From a virus: a DNA stretch of 32,895 bases. Below are positions 7,753 through 15,175 of this stretch, in pieces (the stretch's first letter is position 1; each line of letters begins with the position of its first letter). Location of the stretch: the IMG/VR virus record IMGVR_UViG_3300031597_000003, positions 1-32,895 of that record; one strand, given 5' to 3'. The position numbers and the translations under genes were made by a program. The notes below the pieces were generated by a model. That model was not told the origin of the DNA, did not search any database, and worked only from the letters and a program-made list of their open reading frames with translations.

Positions 7753-10700
7753 TAAACAACCCTGACCTTCAGGTTATTCGCAGCCAGTGCAGTAATTCTT
7801 ACCTTATTCTGAGCAGGAGCATCGAAGTCATAGTCAGTTCCTAAGACAGCACCTTTGTTCAAGATGTTAGCATCGTAGTTAATCGCTACACCGTTTGAAG
7901 AAGGCACTGTCGTACCACTAGTCATGTTCAGGATAATAGACAAATCAAAGTCGTTACCAAGAGCTATGTGGTTCGGGTCTGTTACTGCGTCTAGTTGAGC
8001 CTTATCCATTTGGTTTGTGTAGGCTGTTGTGCCTACGGAGTATTGATAAACAGAATTTGTGGCTTGCCCGACCACAAACATCTTTGCGCCGTTTGTACTA
8101 AAGGCTAACGCCATCGGGCTTGTTTCTTGAGACGAAACGCTAAAGCTCTGAGAATAAGACGCAGTAGATACGTCAAAACCTGTTGTCAGCGTGTACTGGT
8201 ATACTGCATCGGACACTTGCCCCACCAAAAACATCTGCGTACCGTCATCATTAAACTCAACACCGTGCATTCCGTTGGCTGAAAGCTGCGCAGCGGCGCT
8301 GAAACTATCTACAAACGATGCCGTTGACACATCAAATCCAGTTGATAAGGTGTATTCAGAAACAGCAAGCGTTGTCCTATCAGTAACAAACATCTTAGTT
8401 CCGTCAGTGTTGAAAGCAAGTCCAATAGGAGCTATTCCTTGAGCTGAAACACTAAAGCTATCAACAAACGAAGCTGTAGAAACATCAAATCCAGTAGACA
8501 ACGTATATTCGTTTACGTCAGCTCCTGCTTGACCAACAAAAAACATCTTAGTTCCATCAGCGTTAAAAGCTAGTCCTCTTGGGAGTATGTCTTGAGCTGC
8601 AACAGAAAATGCTTGCGTGTAACTTGCCGTTGAAACGTCAAATCCTGTAGTTAGCGCATACTCGTTTACATCATCTCCTGAGTATCCACAAACAAACATC
8701 TTTGTTCCATCAGAGTTAAACGCCAAACCCGATGTCCCTGTTTCTTGACTTGCTACACTAAAACTTTGAAGATAACTAGCAGTTGAAATATCAAAAACAT
8801 TAGTCACACTTTCAGCACCCTCCATAGCCTCAGCCAACGTAGCCAACTCTGTATTCGTAGCGCCGTTTACCCAAGTCTCAGAAGCGTATGTACCGTTAGA
8901 GTTGTACTGCCAAGTCCCTGCGTTGTTACGAACAATGTCTCTCTCGCCATCAGCGTTATCAATGACAGTCCACGTTGTACGGTCGTCTGTGGAGATGCAG
9001 TAGTAGACGTTGCCGTCACCCGCAGCTTGGTCTGCTGTCATTGAGTTGATGTCAGTCCAGTAGGTCGTGTCTGTTGAGGCTGTGGTGTGTACTGGTTGGT
9101 AGCCTGTTGAGAAGTAAGCTAGACCAGTATTCCATATCTCTACTTTATTGCCGTTTTGAACAGTAAACTGCAATCCATTTTGAATCGGCTGACTACCTCT
9201 TAAAGTATAGGGCGTTACTAGATCGTTTCCTGCGGTATAGGAAGCTGTTTGTGAAACCCAAGGAGTCGCCAGTTTTACTTCATATACAGTTGTTCCTAAA
9301 CTTGGAAACAATCTTGTGCCGTCTTCGCTTACAGATAAACCTTCCCAACTACCCGAAGCAATATTGCTGTTTAGACTAAAAGGATTATTATCAGCAGAAA
9401 TTGTAGTAATATCCCAAGCAGTGCTTAAACTAAATCCTCTTATTTCTTGATTACTGCCTGTTAGCAAAAAAGCATTTAAGCCATCAGGACTAAATACAAG
9501 ACCAAAAGGAGTGCCAAACATTCCAAAATCATATAGCTGAACATAACTAGCGGTGCTTAAATCCCAAGGAGTTGACATATCAAAACGGCCTCCTCTACCG
9601 TTGGAACTACCAACAGTATAAAGATGAACCCCATCAGGACTTACAAATACTGCTCTTGGACTACCCTCGCTAATTCCACCGTAGCTTTGCGAGTTAATCG
9701 TATTTCCGGTTGACGTTGCTGTTGTCAAGTCATAGGCAGTCGAAAGATTATATTCTCTTACTAGACGCGCAGAAAAATCCTGTTGATACAGTTTAGTGCC
9801 GTTATTGCCTAAAAATGAGCATTCAATTGTCCCTGTACCAGTAAATTGATTACTACCGTCTTTAGCACCGCCCGAAAGATTCCAACCCACCTTATAACCA
9901 CTAAGCTCCAAATCCCCATCGGTAGTGTTATAGACAACACCGTACATCTCCCAAGAACCTGACGCGACCTGAGCGTATGATGTAGGCGCTGTAGTTTGTG
10001 CATAGCTACCGTCTGTAGCTGTTAAGACAAACACGCCTGAGTTAGCTTCGATGGTCTTGCCCACGTCTGCTGAGGCGAATGAGCCTGCGCCGAGTGCTAA
10101 GGTTGAAGGAACAGTGTATTCATACACGTTGTCAGCAGTGTTTTCTACAATATAAAACTTTGATAAATCAGAATTACCAGTAATTCCTAATGGAACAGTA
10201 GCTTGAGACGCCACACTAAAACTCAATGAGCTATAAGACGCTGTTGAAATATCAAATCCTGTTGTTAAGTTATATTGATAAACTGTGTCGTTAGTTATTC
10301 CTACAATTATCATCTTGCTTCCGTCTTGATTAAAAGACAAGCCTCTTGTAGATGTTTCTTGTGAAGCGACACTAAAGCTAGTAGAAGAATAGCTTGCAGT
10401 TGATAAATCAAAACCAGTTGTTAAATTATAAAGATATACAGAATTTGTACTTCTTCCAACCATAAACATTTTAGTGCCGTCTTGATTAAATGCTATATCG
10501 TTAGGAAAAGTATCTTGTGCTGTTACAGAAAAACTTTGAGAATAAACCGCAGTTGAAACATTGTAAGCTGTAGCCAAATTGTATTCGTAAACAGTGTCAG
10601 TAGCGCCTCCCATTAAAAACATTTTTGTGCCGTCAGTATTAAATTCTACAGCTAATGGTTGAGTGTCTTGGCTACTGACAAGCAAGCTAATACTTGCATA

Positions 10701-12434
10701 GGAAGCAGTAGATATAGAATACGAAGTTGTTAAGTTATACTGAAAAATAGAAGCATTGCCTTGCCCTACCATGTATAAAATAGTGCCGTCATTATTAAAG
10801 GACACACCTTGCGGTGTTCCATCTTGACTTCCGACATAAAAATTAGAACCCAAACTAGCCTCATTAACTCCTCCAACGTCCCAATCCAAAGTAGTCGCCG
10901 CAGCACTATCCAATCTTGTGTAATTCTCTGTAGTAGAATTAACATCCCAAGAGTTATTAGTAGAGCCTGTCTGTGGAACTTCTTTAGTCACAGAAACGAC
11001 AGGCGCAAGCACTGAGCTAGTCAGTGAGATTGAAGCTGACTCGCCGTTTGTGAAGGTCTTGGTTAGTGTGCCAAGTGTCGGGTCTGTTGTTAGAGTCGCC
11101 CAGTTTGGTACAGTGCCGTTGGTAGTTAGATACTTGCCTGACTGTCCTGACTGTGTTGGGAAGTCTGTTACCTGAGATAAAGTTACAGATGTTGCTACAG
11201 GTGCTACGTCAGACCACGCTGAACCACTGTAAACCTTCATTGAGTCAACGGTGGTGTTGAAGTATGTCGCACCTGCAATCAGTGCGTCACCGTCATTGTC
11301 TACAGTAGGGTCAGAGGCTTTAGCGCCAAGGTAACGATCATCAAAAGAGTCGTAACTAGCGGCAGCGTTGGTAGCTGACAGAGCGGCTGCTGTTTCTGAC
11401 CCTGACGCTGCTGTAGCAGAACTAGATGCATTTGAAGCCGAAGTAGAAGCGTTAGAAGCTGAAGTAGCTGCCGCTGCGGCTGAGTCTGCTGCTGATGTAG
11501 CTGATCCAAGGATAGAGTCTGTGTAGGCTTTAGTTGTAGCATCTGCTGCGTCTGTTGGAGTACCAAGACCTGTTATCTTGTTTGTACCCATTGCAATAGC
11601 ACCGGACATCGTACCACCCGCAAGTGGGAGTCCTGTGGTGTCTGCTGCATCAACGTAGGCTTTAGTGGCTACGTCTTGCGCGAGGGTAGGATCAGCAACG
11701 CTAACAATCTTATTAGCACCTAACGACAGCTGACCTGTCATTGTGCCGCCCGACAGAGCTAGCTTGCCTGTCAGAGCATTAGTAACTGTAGTGTGGAAAG
11801 ATGCATCATCATTTAGTGCAGCAGCTAGCTCGTTGAGAGTGTCTAGTGCAGCAGGTGCGCCGTCAATGACAGCGGCGATAGAGGTGTCAACATAAGTTTT
11901 AGTAGCTGCGTCAGAACCTGCAATAGGCTCTGCTACGTCAGTCAGTCTAGTATTACTGAAGTCTACTGTGCCGTTAACGACTAGGTTGTTAACTGTAGAC
12001 GTACCTGTAGAGGCTGTGACATTACCTGTCAGATCGCCTGTGACGTTACCAACTACGTTGCCAGTGACGTTTCCTGTGACGTTACCGACTACATTGCCTG
12101 TCAGACCGCCAACGAAGCCCGTGGTGGCCGTTACTGTGCTGCCCCTTACTGTTGATGGGGTAACTGCACCAATGGGCGTAGAGTTGATTGAGCCGCCTGT
12201 GACGACTGCGTTGCTAGAAGCAAACGTGCCGTTGGCTGTTAGAGTCCCGGATACAGTCGCGGTAGTAGTTGTGACAGTAGAAGGATTAGTACCTAGTTCT
12301 ACAATCTGTGTAGAGGCATTCTCTGTGAATAGTCTCTTGTCAGTTACATTGACCGCGAGTTCGCCCTGAACCAAGTCACTCGTAGTTGGTACGGCTGAAG
12401 CGGTTGAGCTGTTCTTGGTTACTATCGTTGCCAT
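7752..12434 (-). CDS. 1560-aa giant tail fibre / receptor-binding protein.
   Basis: Fibre-type N-terminus LVQGELAVNVTDKRLFTEN. GNVTG repeats. Three A(T)TK(A/T)Y(V/T)D motifs. A Ser/Ala tract. Three arrays of about 50-aa DGTKMF...Y.Y.L.TGFD.STASY repeats. Confidence 0.9.
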   Translation of the reverse strand: MATIVTKNSSTASAVPTTSDLVQGELAVNVTDKRLFTENASTQIVELGTNPSTVTTTTATVSGTLTANGTFASSNAVVTGGSINSTPIGAVTPSTVRGSTVTATTGFVGGLTGNVVGNVTGNVTGNVVGNVTGDLTGNVTASTGTSTVNNLVVNGTVDFSNTRLTDVAEPIAGSDAATKTYVDTSIAAVIDGAPAALDTLNELAAALNDDASFHTTVTNALTGKLALSGGTMTGQLSLGANKIVSVADPTLAQDVATKAYVDAADTTGLPLAGGTMSGAIAMGTNKITGLGTPTDAADATTKAYTDSILGSATSAADSAAAAATSASNASTSASNASSSATAASGSETAAALSATNAAASYDSFDDRYLGAKASDPTVDNDGDALIAGATYFNTTVDSMKVYSGSAWSDVAPVATSVTLSQVTDFPTQSGQSGKYLTTNGTVPNWATLTTDPTLGTLTKTFTNGESASISLTSSVLAPVVSVTKEVPQTGSTNNSWDVNSTTENYTRLDSAAATTLDWDVGGVNEASLGSNFYVGSQDGTPQGVSFNNDGTILYMVGQGNASIFQYNLTTSYSISTASYASISLLVSSQDTQPLAVEFNTDGTKMFLMGGATDTVYEYNLATAYNVSTAVYSQSFSVTAQDTFPNDIAFNQDGTKMFMVGRSTNSVYLYNLTTGFDLSTASYSSTSFSVASQETSTRGLSFNQDGSKMIIVGITNDTVYQYNLTTGFDISTASYSSLSFSVASQATVPLGITGNSDLSKFYIVENTADNVYEYTVPSTLALGAGSFASADVGKTIEANSGVFVLTATDGSYAQTTAPTSYAQVASGSWEMYGVVYNTTDGDLELSGYKVGWNLSGGAKDGSNQFTGTGTIECSFLGNNGTKLYQQDFSARLVREYNLSTAYDLTTATSTGNTINSQSYGGISEGSPRAVFVSPDGVHLYTVGSSNGRGGRFDMSTPWDLSTASYVQLYDFGMFGTPFGLVFSPDGLNAFLLTGSNQEIRGFSLSTAWDITTISADNNPFSLNSNIASGSWEGLSVSEDGTRLFPSLGTTVYEVKLATPWVSQTASYTAGNDLVTPYTLRGSQPIQNGLQFTVQNGNKVEIWNTGLAYFSTGYQPVHTTASTDTTYWTDINSMTADQAAGDGNVYYCISTDDRTTWTVIDNADGERDIVRNNAGTWQYNSNGTYASETWVNGATNTELATLAEAMEGAESVTNVFDISTASYLQSFSVASQETGTSGLAFNSDGTKMFVCGYSGDDVNEYALTTGFDVSTASYTQAFSVAAQDILPRGLAFNADGTKMFFVGQAGADVNEYTLSTGFDVSTASFVDSFSVSAQGIAPIGLAFNTDGTKMFVTDRTTLAVSEYTLSTGFDVSTASFVDSFSAAAQLSANGMHGVEFNDDGTQMFLVGQVSDAVYQYTLTTGFDVSTASYSQSFSVSSQETSPMALAFSTNGAKMFVVGQATNSVYQYSVGTTAYTNQMDKAQLDAVTDPNHIALGNDFDLSIILNMTSGTTVPSSNGVAINYDANILNKGAVLGTDYDFDAPAQNKVRITALAANNLKVRVV
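8034..8798 (-). repeat. Fibre repeat array 3: five 51-aa units (aa ~1213-1467), the best-conserved set.
   Basis: STAS(Y/F) at aa 1217, 1268, 1319, 1370, 1422. DGT(K/Q)MF or NGAKMF at 1242, 1293, 1344, 1397, 1448. Confidence 0.85.
9255..9872 (-). repeat. Fibre repeat array 2: four or five divergent units (aa ~855-1060).
   Basis: NGTKLY, PDGVHLY, PDGLNAF and EDGTRLF are each followed by (L)ST(A/P)W(D)-type motifs. Confidence 0.6.
10110..10856 (-). repeat. Fibre repeat array 1: five units of about 50-51 aa (aa ~527-775), beta-propeller-blade-like.
   Basis: DGT(I/K)(L/M)(Y/F) at aa 549, 601, 652, 704 and a degenerate one at 755. STA(S/V)Y at 575, 627, 678, 730. Confidence 0.8.
12015..12104 (-). 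repeat. 15-bp periodic repeat encoding (GNVxG)n, aa 111-140 of the fibre.
   Basis: The protein reads LTGNVVGNVTGNVTGNVVGNVTGDLTGNVT. The nucleotide sequence shows reiterated gtgacgtt(a/t)cc units. Confidence 0.9.
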
Positions 12435-12449
12435 GTTAAATTCCTGTAG

Positions 12450-12734
12450 TTACCACTTGGTTTTATGCGACCAGTATCTTGCAGATAGTTTTGAAGGGCT
12501 TGAGTCTTGAGCGTTATGCCTAGCGTAGTATGATTTCTTTCGCGCTTTGTCTTTGGCAGTCTTGGGATTACTCCCTGCACCCGTTACGCCCTGCTGCCCG
12601 AAGCGGACAATCTTGATTTCATCTCCGACTTTAGCCAATACAACATGGCTCTTTGTGGGATGGTTAGGGGTCTTTTTGGGTTTATTATACCCACTTAATC
12701 CGAGCTTGGTTAATTTTGGATCTTTATTACGCAT
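12450..12734 (-). CDS. 94-aa very basic small protein (MRNKDPKL...KKSYYARHNAQ...SARYWSHKTKW).
   Basis: Internal ATG at 12734 of listed ORF 12450..12908. The upstream part of that ORF overlaps the capsid gene. I recall the K-rich ...SYxARH...YW..K..W pattern as a widespread small viral family, but this is unverified. Confidence 0.65.
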   Translation of the reverse strand: MRNKDPKLTKLGLSGYNKPKKTPNHPTKSHVVLAKVGDEIKIVRFGQQGVTGAGSNPKTAKDKARKKSYYARHNAQDSSPSKLSARYWSHKTKW

Positions 12735-12741
12735 AAGATAA

Positions 12742-12763
12742 GGGGGCAGGTTTCCCCACCCCC
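12742..12763 (-). terminator. Hairpin (9-bp stem, GAAA tetraloop) followed by UUAUCUU, 8 nt after the capsid stop. Candidate attenuating terminator.
   Basis: The minus strand reads GGGGGUGGG-GAAA-CCUGCCCCC then UUAUCUUAUG. Five G-C pairs, two G-U pairs, then two G-C pairs. Confidence 0.6.
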
Positions 12764-12771
12764 ATCTCCGT

Positions 12772-13728
12772 TTAGCCGTTAACAGCCATGATGAAGCCGC
12801 TGTCAGGACGGTAAGTCTTAACACCGTACAGAGTATCAGCAGTATACAGTGTTCCGAGGAACTCCTGCTTGTACTGAGTCTGTGAACGAACACCAACTTG
12901 CTCTGCAAGAATCATAGTATCTGTATGCACGAGCATTGCTGCGCGAATTTGACCACCCGCTGAGTTTGCACTTGCAAGCTCAGTAATAGGGCAGTTAGTA
13001 GAGATGTAAACATCAATACCATACAGGTTACCAATCTTGCCATTTTGAACAGGCTCGCCGCCAACAAAATCAGACGAGACATAACGCTCTATTCCCATGA
13101 TTGCATTACGCAATGAAGGAGGAATAACAAACGCACGGTTGTCCATAGGGACATCAGCGTCATCTTGCTTCTGAATCAGATCACGGAAACAAGCATCAGT
13201 GAAAACGTCAGCAGTAGTAACAGTGTCGTCTGCATAAGCTGTAAGACCGTTAGTGGCGTCACAGAAGAATGCAGCAGCAGTGTTAGTCCATAAAGTGCCG
13301 TCACCAGTACCGAACGATTTGCCAAGATTAAATAGATCAGTATCTACTTGACGAGACAAAGCATAACCCGCATCTGATGTGTAGAAATTACGGAGCGAAG
13401 CAAGAGCTTGAGTCTCTGTAATATCTTCAATAATGCGTGAGTATTCGTAGTGCTTATCTAACGCGATTTGCACTTCGCTCTCTACGTTGCTCTGAATTGT
13501 TACGGCAGTAGCTTGCGCCTTAACATGAGCATCACCGCGAATAGGAGCAGGAATGTGGATGATGTCACCCTTCTTTCCTGTCATACTCATTTTCTTAACT
13601 ACATTCGCGAGAATAAGGTTCTTCTCGTATGCAGCGCGAATTTCGTCACTCCAGATTTCTGGAATAAAGGTAGCAGCACTAGTATTAGTTACCGCTCCCG
13701 CCATATTTGGATAGGTTGAATCAGTCAT
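12772..13728 (-). CDS. 318-aa major capsid protein (HK97-fold type).
   Basis: Sits after the scaffold gene. The N-terminal ...ATFIPEIWSDEI... motif and size are typical of podoviral major capsid proteins. Followed by a hairpin. Confidence 0.85.
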   Translation of the reverse strand: MTDSTYPNMAGAVTNTSAATFIPEIWSDEIRAAYEKNLILANVVKKMSMTGKKGDIIHIPAPIRGDAHVKAQATAVTIQSNVESEVQIALDKHYEYSRIIEDITETQALASLRNFYTSDAGYALSRQVDTDLFNLGKSFGTGDGTLWTNTAAAFFCDATNGLTAYADDTVTTADVFTDACFRDLIQKQDDADVPMDNRAFVIPPSLRNAIMGIERYVSSDFVGGEPVQNGKIGNLYGIDVYISTNCPITELASANSAGGQIRAAMLVHTDTMILAEQVGVRSQTQYKQEFLGTLYTADTLYGVKTYRPDSGFIMAVNG

Positions 13729-13744
13729 AATAATCTCTCAAAGG

Positions 13745-14497
13745 TTAGCTTTTTACGCGACCTTCCTGATACGCCTGATATATCTCATTAGACATAGCTT
13801 GGTAGCGTTTCGGGTTGGTTCGCATTAGTTCAATAATGTCGCTTCGTCTATAGATCTTTCTGCTTGGTGCTTCTGAACTGCCATTAGCACCGCCCGTTGA
13901 AGCTGCGTTCAAAGCCTGTTTACGTTCTTTGCGCTCAACACTTACAGCCTGTTGCGCAACGTCTTGAGTTGATTTCCAACTAGAAAACAATTCATCTGCT
14001 GCATCATAGTCGTACTTGTTGTTTGCTCGCTCGTATAACTCGGAACGAATCTTGCTACCTACAACCCATTGTTGAAAATTGGCGTCCATAGCAACTTCTT
14101 TAATGTCAGGGTGCTTTTGCTGTAAAGCCGAAAGCGTCTGACTTTGTTTCATTTGATTGCCTAATTGCTCCAACTGTTTAATGGTTGGATGGTTTGCAAT
14201 TTTGCTATCAACAGCTTTATCGGGTTCGGCAAAGAAATCTATCTCTTCAGCCTGTTCCGGTTCGTTGACTTTGCTTTGATTAAGAATGAAATCATCTACA
14301 ACTTTTCTTAGCTGACCAACTTCCTGTCCTTGCTGACCGATGCGAGACTCTGCCTCTTGGTGCATCTTAATCAACTCCGAAGGAGATTTCCCCCTGTAAT
14401 GCTCGGGAGTGTCATCTACGGCTACCTCTTCCGAGACCGCTTCCTGTTGTAAATTCTCATCTACCTCTTTCGTCACTTCGTCAATAAGTTGTGCCAC
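13745..14497 (-). CDS. 250-aa putative scaffolding protein (GTG start).
   Basis: Lies between portal and capsid. Acidic, Gln/Glu-rich and helical in sequence. GTG start with AGGAG 8 nt upstream. Confidence 0.7.
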   Translation of the reverse strand: MAQLIDEVTKEVDENLQQEAVSEEVAVDDTPEHYRGKSPSELIKMHQEAESRIGQQGQEVGQLRKVVDDFILNQSKVNEPEQAEEIDFFAEPDKAVDSKIANHPTIKQLEQLGNQMKQSQTLSALQQKHPDIKEVAMDANFQQWVVGSKIRSELYERANNKYDYDAADELFSSWKSTQDVAQQAVSVERKERKQALNAASTGGANGSSEAPSRKIYRRSDIIELMRTNPKRYQAMSNEIYQAYQEGRVKS

Positions 14498-14549
14498 TAT
14501 TATTAAACTCCTATGGAGACAAGACCAATTCTAAGCTACCCCGAAGGAC

Positions 14550-14795
14550 TTATGATTCGGCTACCTTGCGTTCGTGTTTAATCTTCGCCTGTCTATCCTT
14601 AGCCCATTTCATAGTAGCTCCCGGATAAGAACCGGAGATGGGGTCGAGTACCGACTTAACAGGTGAGATCATCTTACTACTAGAACCACCGCACTCAGGA
14701 CAGTCACGCCGATAACCCTCAACAACCTTATCGCGATTAACCATTGCCTCATGGACATGGCCTTGTTCGCATTGGAAATCAAAGATTATCAACAT
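14550..14795 (-). CDS. 81-aa zinc-ribbon-like protein (FQCEQGH...CPECGG).
   Basis: Listed ORF 14550..14816. I prefer the internal ATG at 14795, which has AAGAGGA about 8 nt upstream, whereas 14816 has no SD. C/H...CxxC pattern. Confidence 0.6.
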   Translation of the reverse strand: MLIIFDFQCEQGHVHEAMVNRDKVVEGYRRDCPECGGSSSKMISPVKSVLDPISGSYPGATMKWAKDRQAKIKHERKVAES

Positions 14796-15021
14796 CACTG
14801 CTATCCTCTTGTACATGGTTCATTGCAGATTCTAGATTGAGTATGTCAGCCAGTACACTTAGCTGACCTTTACGAAAAAACAAATCATTAACGTCTTTCG
14901 TATACTCTACGGAATTAATTTGAAGAGCATTGGCACTCAACTCTTTTATAAAATCTTTCCAACCTTGCGTTAAAAACATATCCGCACGGTCGTCATAATA
15001 TTTTTCTGTTTCTCTATCCAT
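14779..15021 (-). CDS. 80-aa hypothetical protein.
   Basis: Listed ORF. Its start overlaps the preceding 53-aa ORF by 8 nt. Confidence 0.65.
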   Translation of the reverse strand: MDRETEKYYDDRADMFLTQGWKDFIKELSANALQINSVEYTKDVNDLFFRKGQLSVLADILNLESAMNHVQEDSSDVDNL

Positions 15022-15175
15022 TCTTCTTAGCCTTCGGCTTTGCTTGCACGAAGCTCTTGACCTCGTGAAGAAGGATTTCGTGTTGCTTTTCTAGAGACTG
15101 AATCCGCTTGTCCATCCGATCTAGGACTACGTTTACCTGTGTAACTACGTCCTCTAGTTCTCGTTTGGTAATCAT
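15014..15175 (-). CDS. 53-aa coiled-coil protein (too short for the ORF track).
   Basis: Hand translation gives MITKRELEDVVTQVNVVLDRMDKRIQSLEKQHEILLHEVKSFVQAKPKAKKNG. The ATG overlaps the portal stop (ATGA at 15172-15175). Confidence 0.6.
   Translation of the reverse strand: MITKRELEDVVTQVNVVLDRMDKRIQSLEKQHEILLHEVKSFVQAKPKAKKNG

Noticed and set aside
7752-12434. The fibre as the target of a diversity-generating retroelement, or as a phase-variable gene.
   Set aside because: There is no reverse transcriptase, no template-repeat copy of the fibre 3' end elsewhere in the genome, and no invertible-segment inverted repeats or recombinase.
12735-12908. Upstream extension of listed ORF 12450..12908 (152 aa).
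   Set aside because: It overlaps the 3' end of the capsid gene in another frame and runs through the terminator-like hairpin. The extension is Leu/Ser/Cys-rich and unlike the basic C-terminal part. The internal ATG at 12734 gives a coherent 94-aa basic protein.
14498-14549. UUCG-loop mini hairpin (GUCC-UUCG-GGGU) in the 52-nt gap upstream of the scaffold gene, considered as a terminator.
   Set aside because: The stem is only 4 bp including wobble pairs, there is no U-tract, and the energy is too marginal to call.
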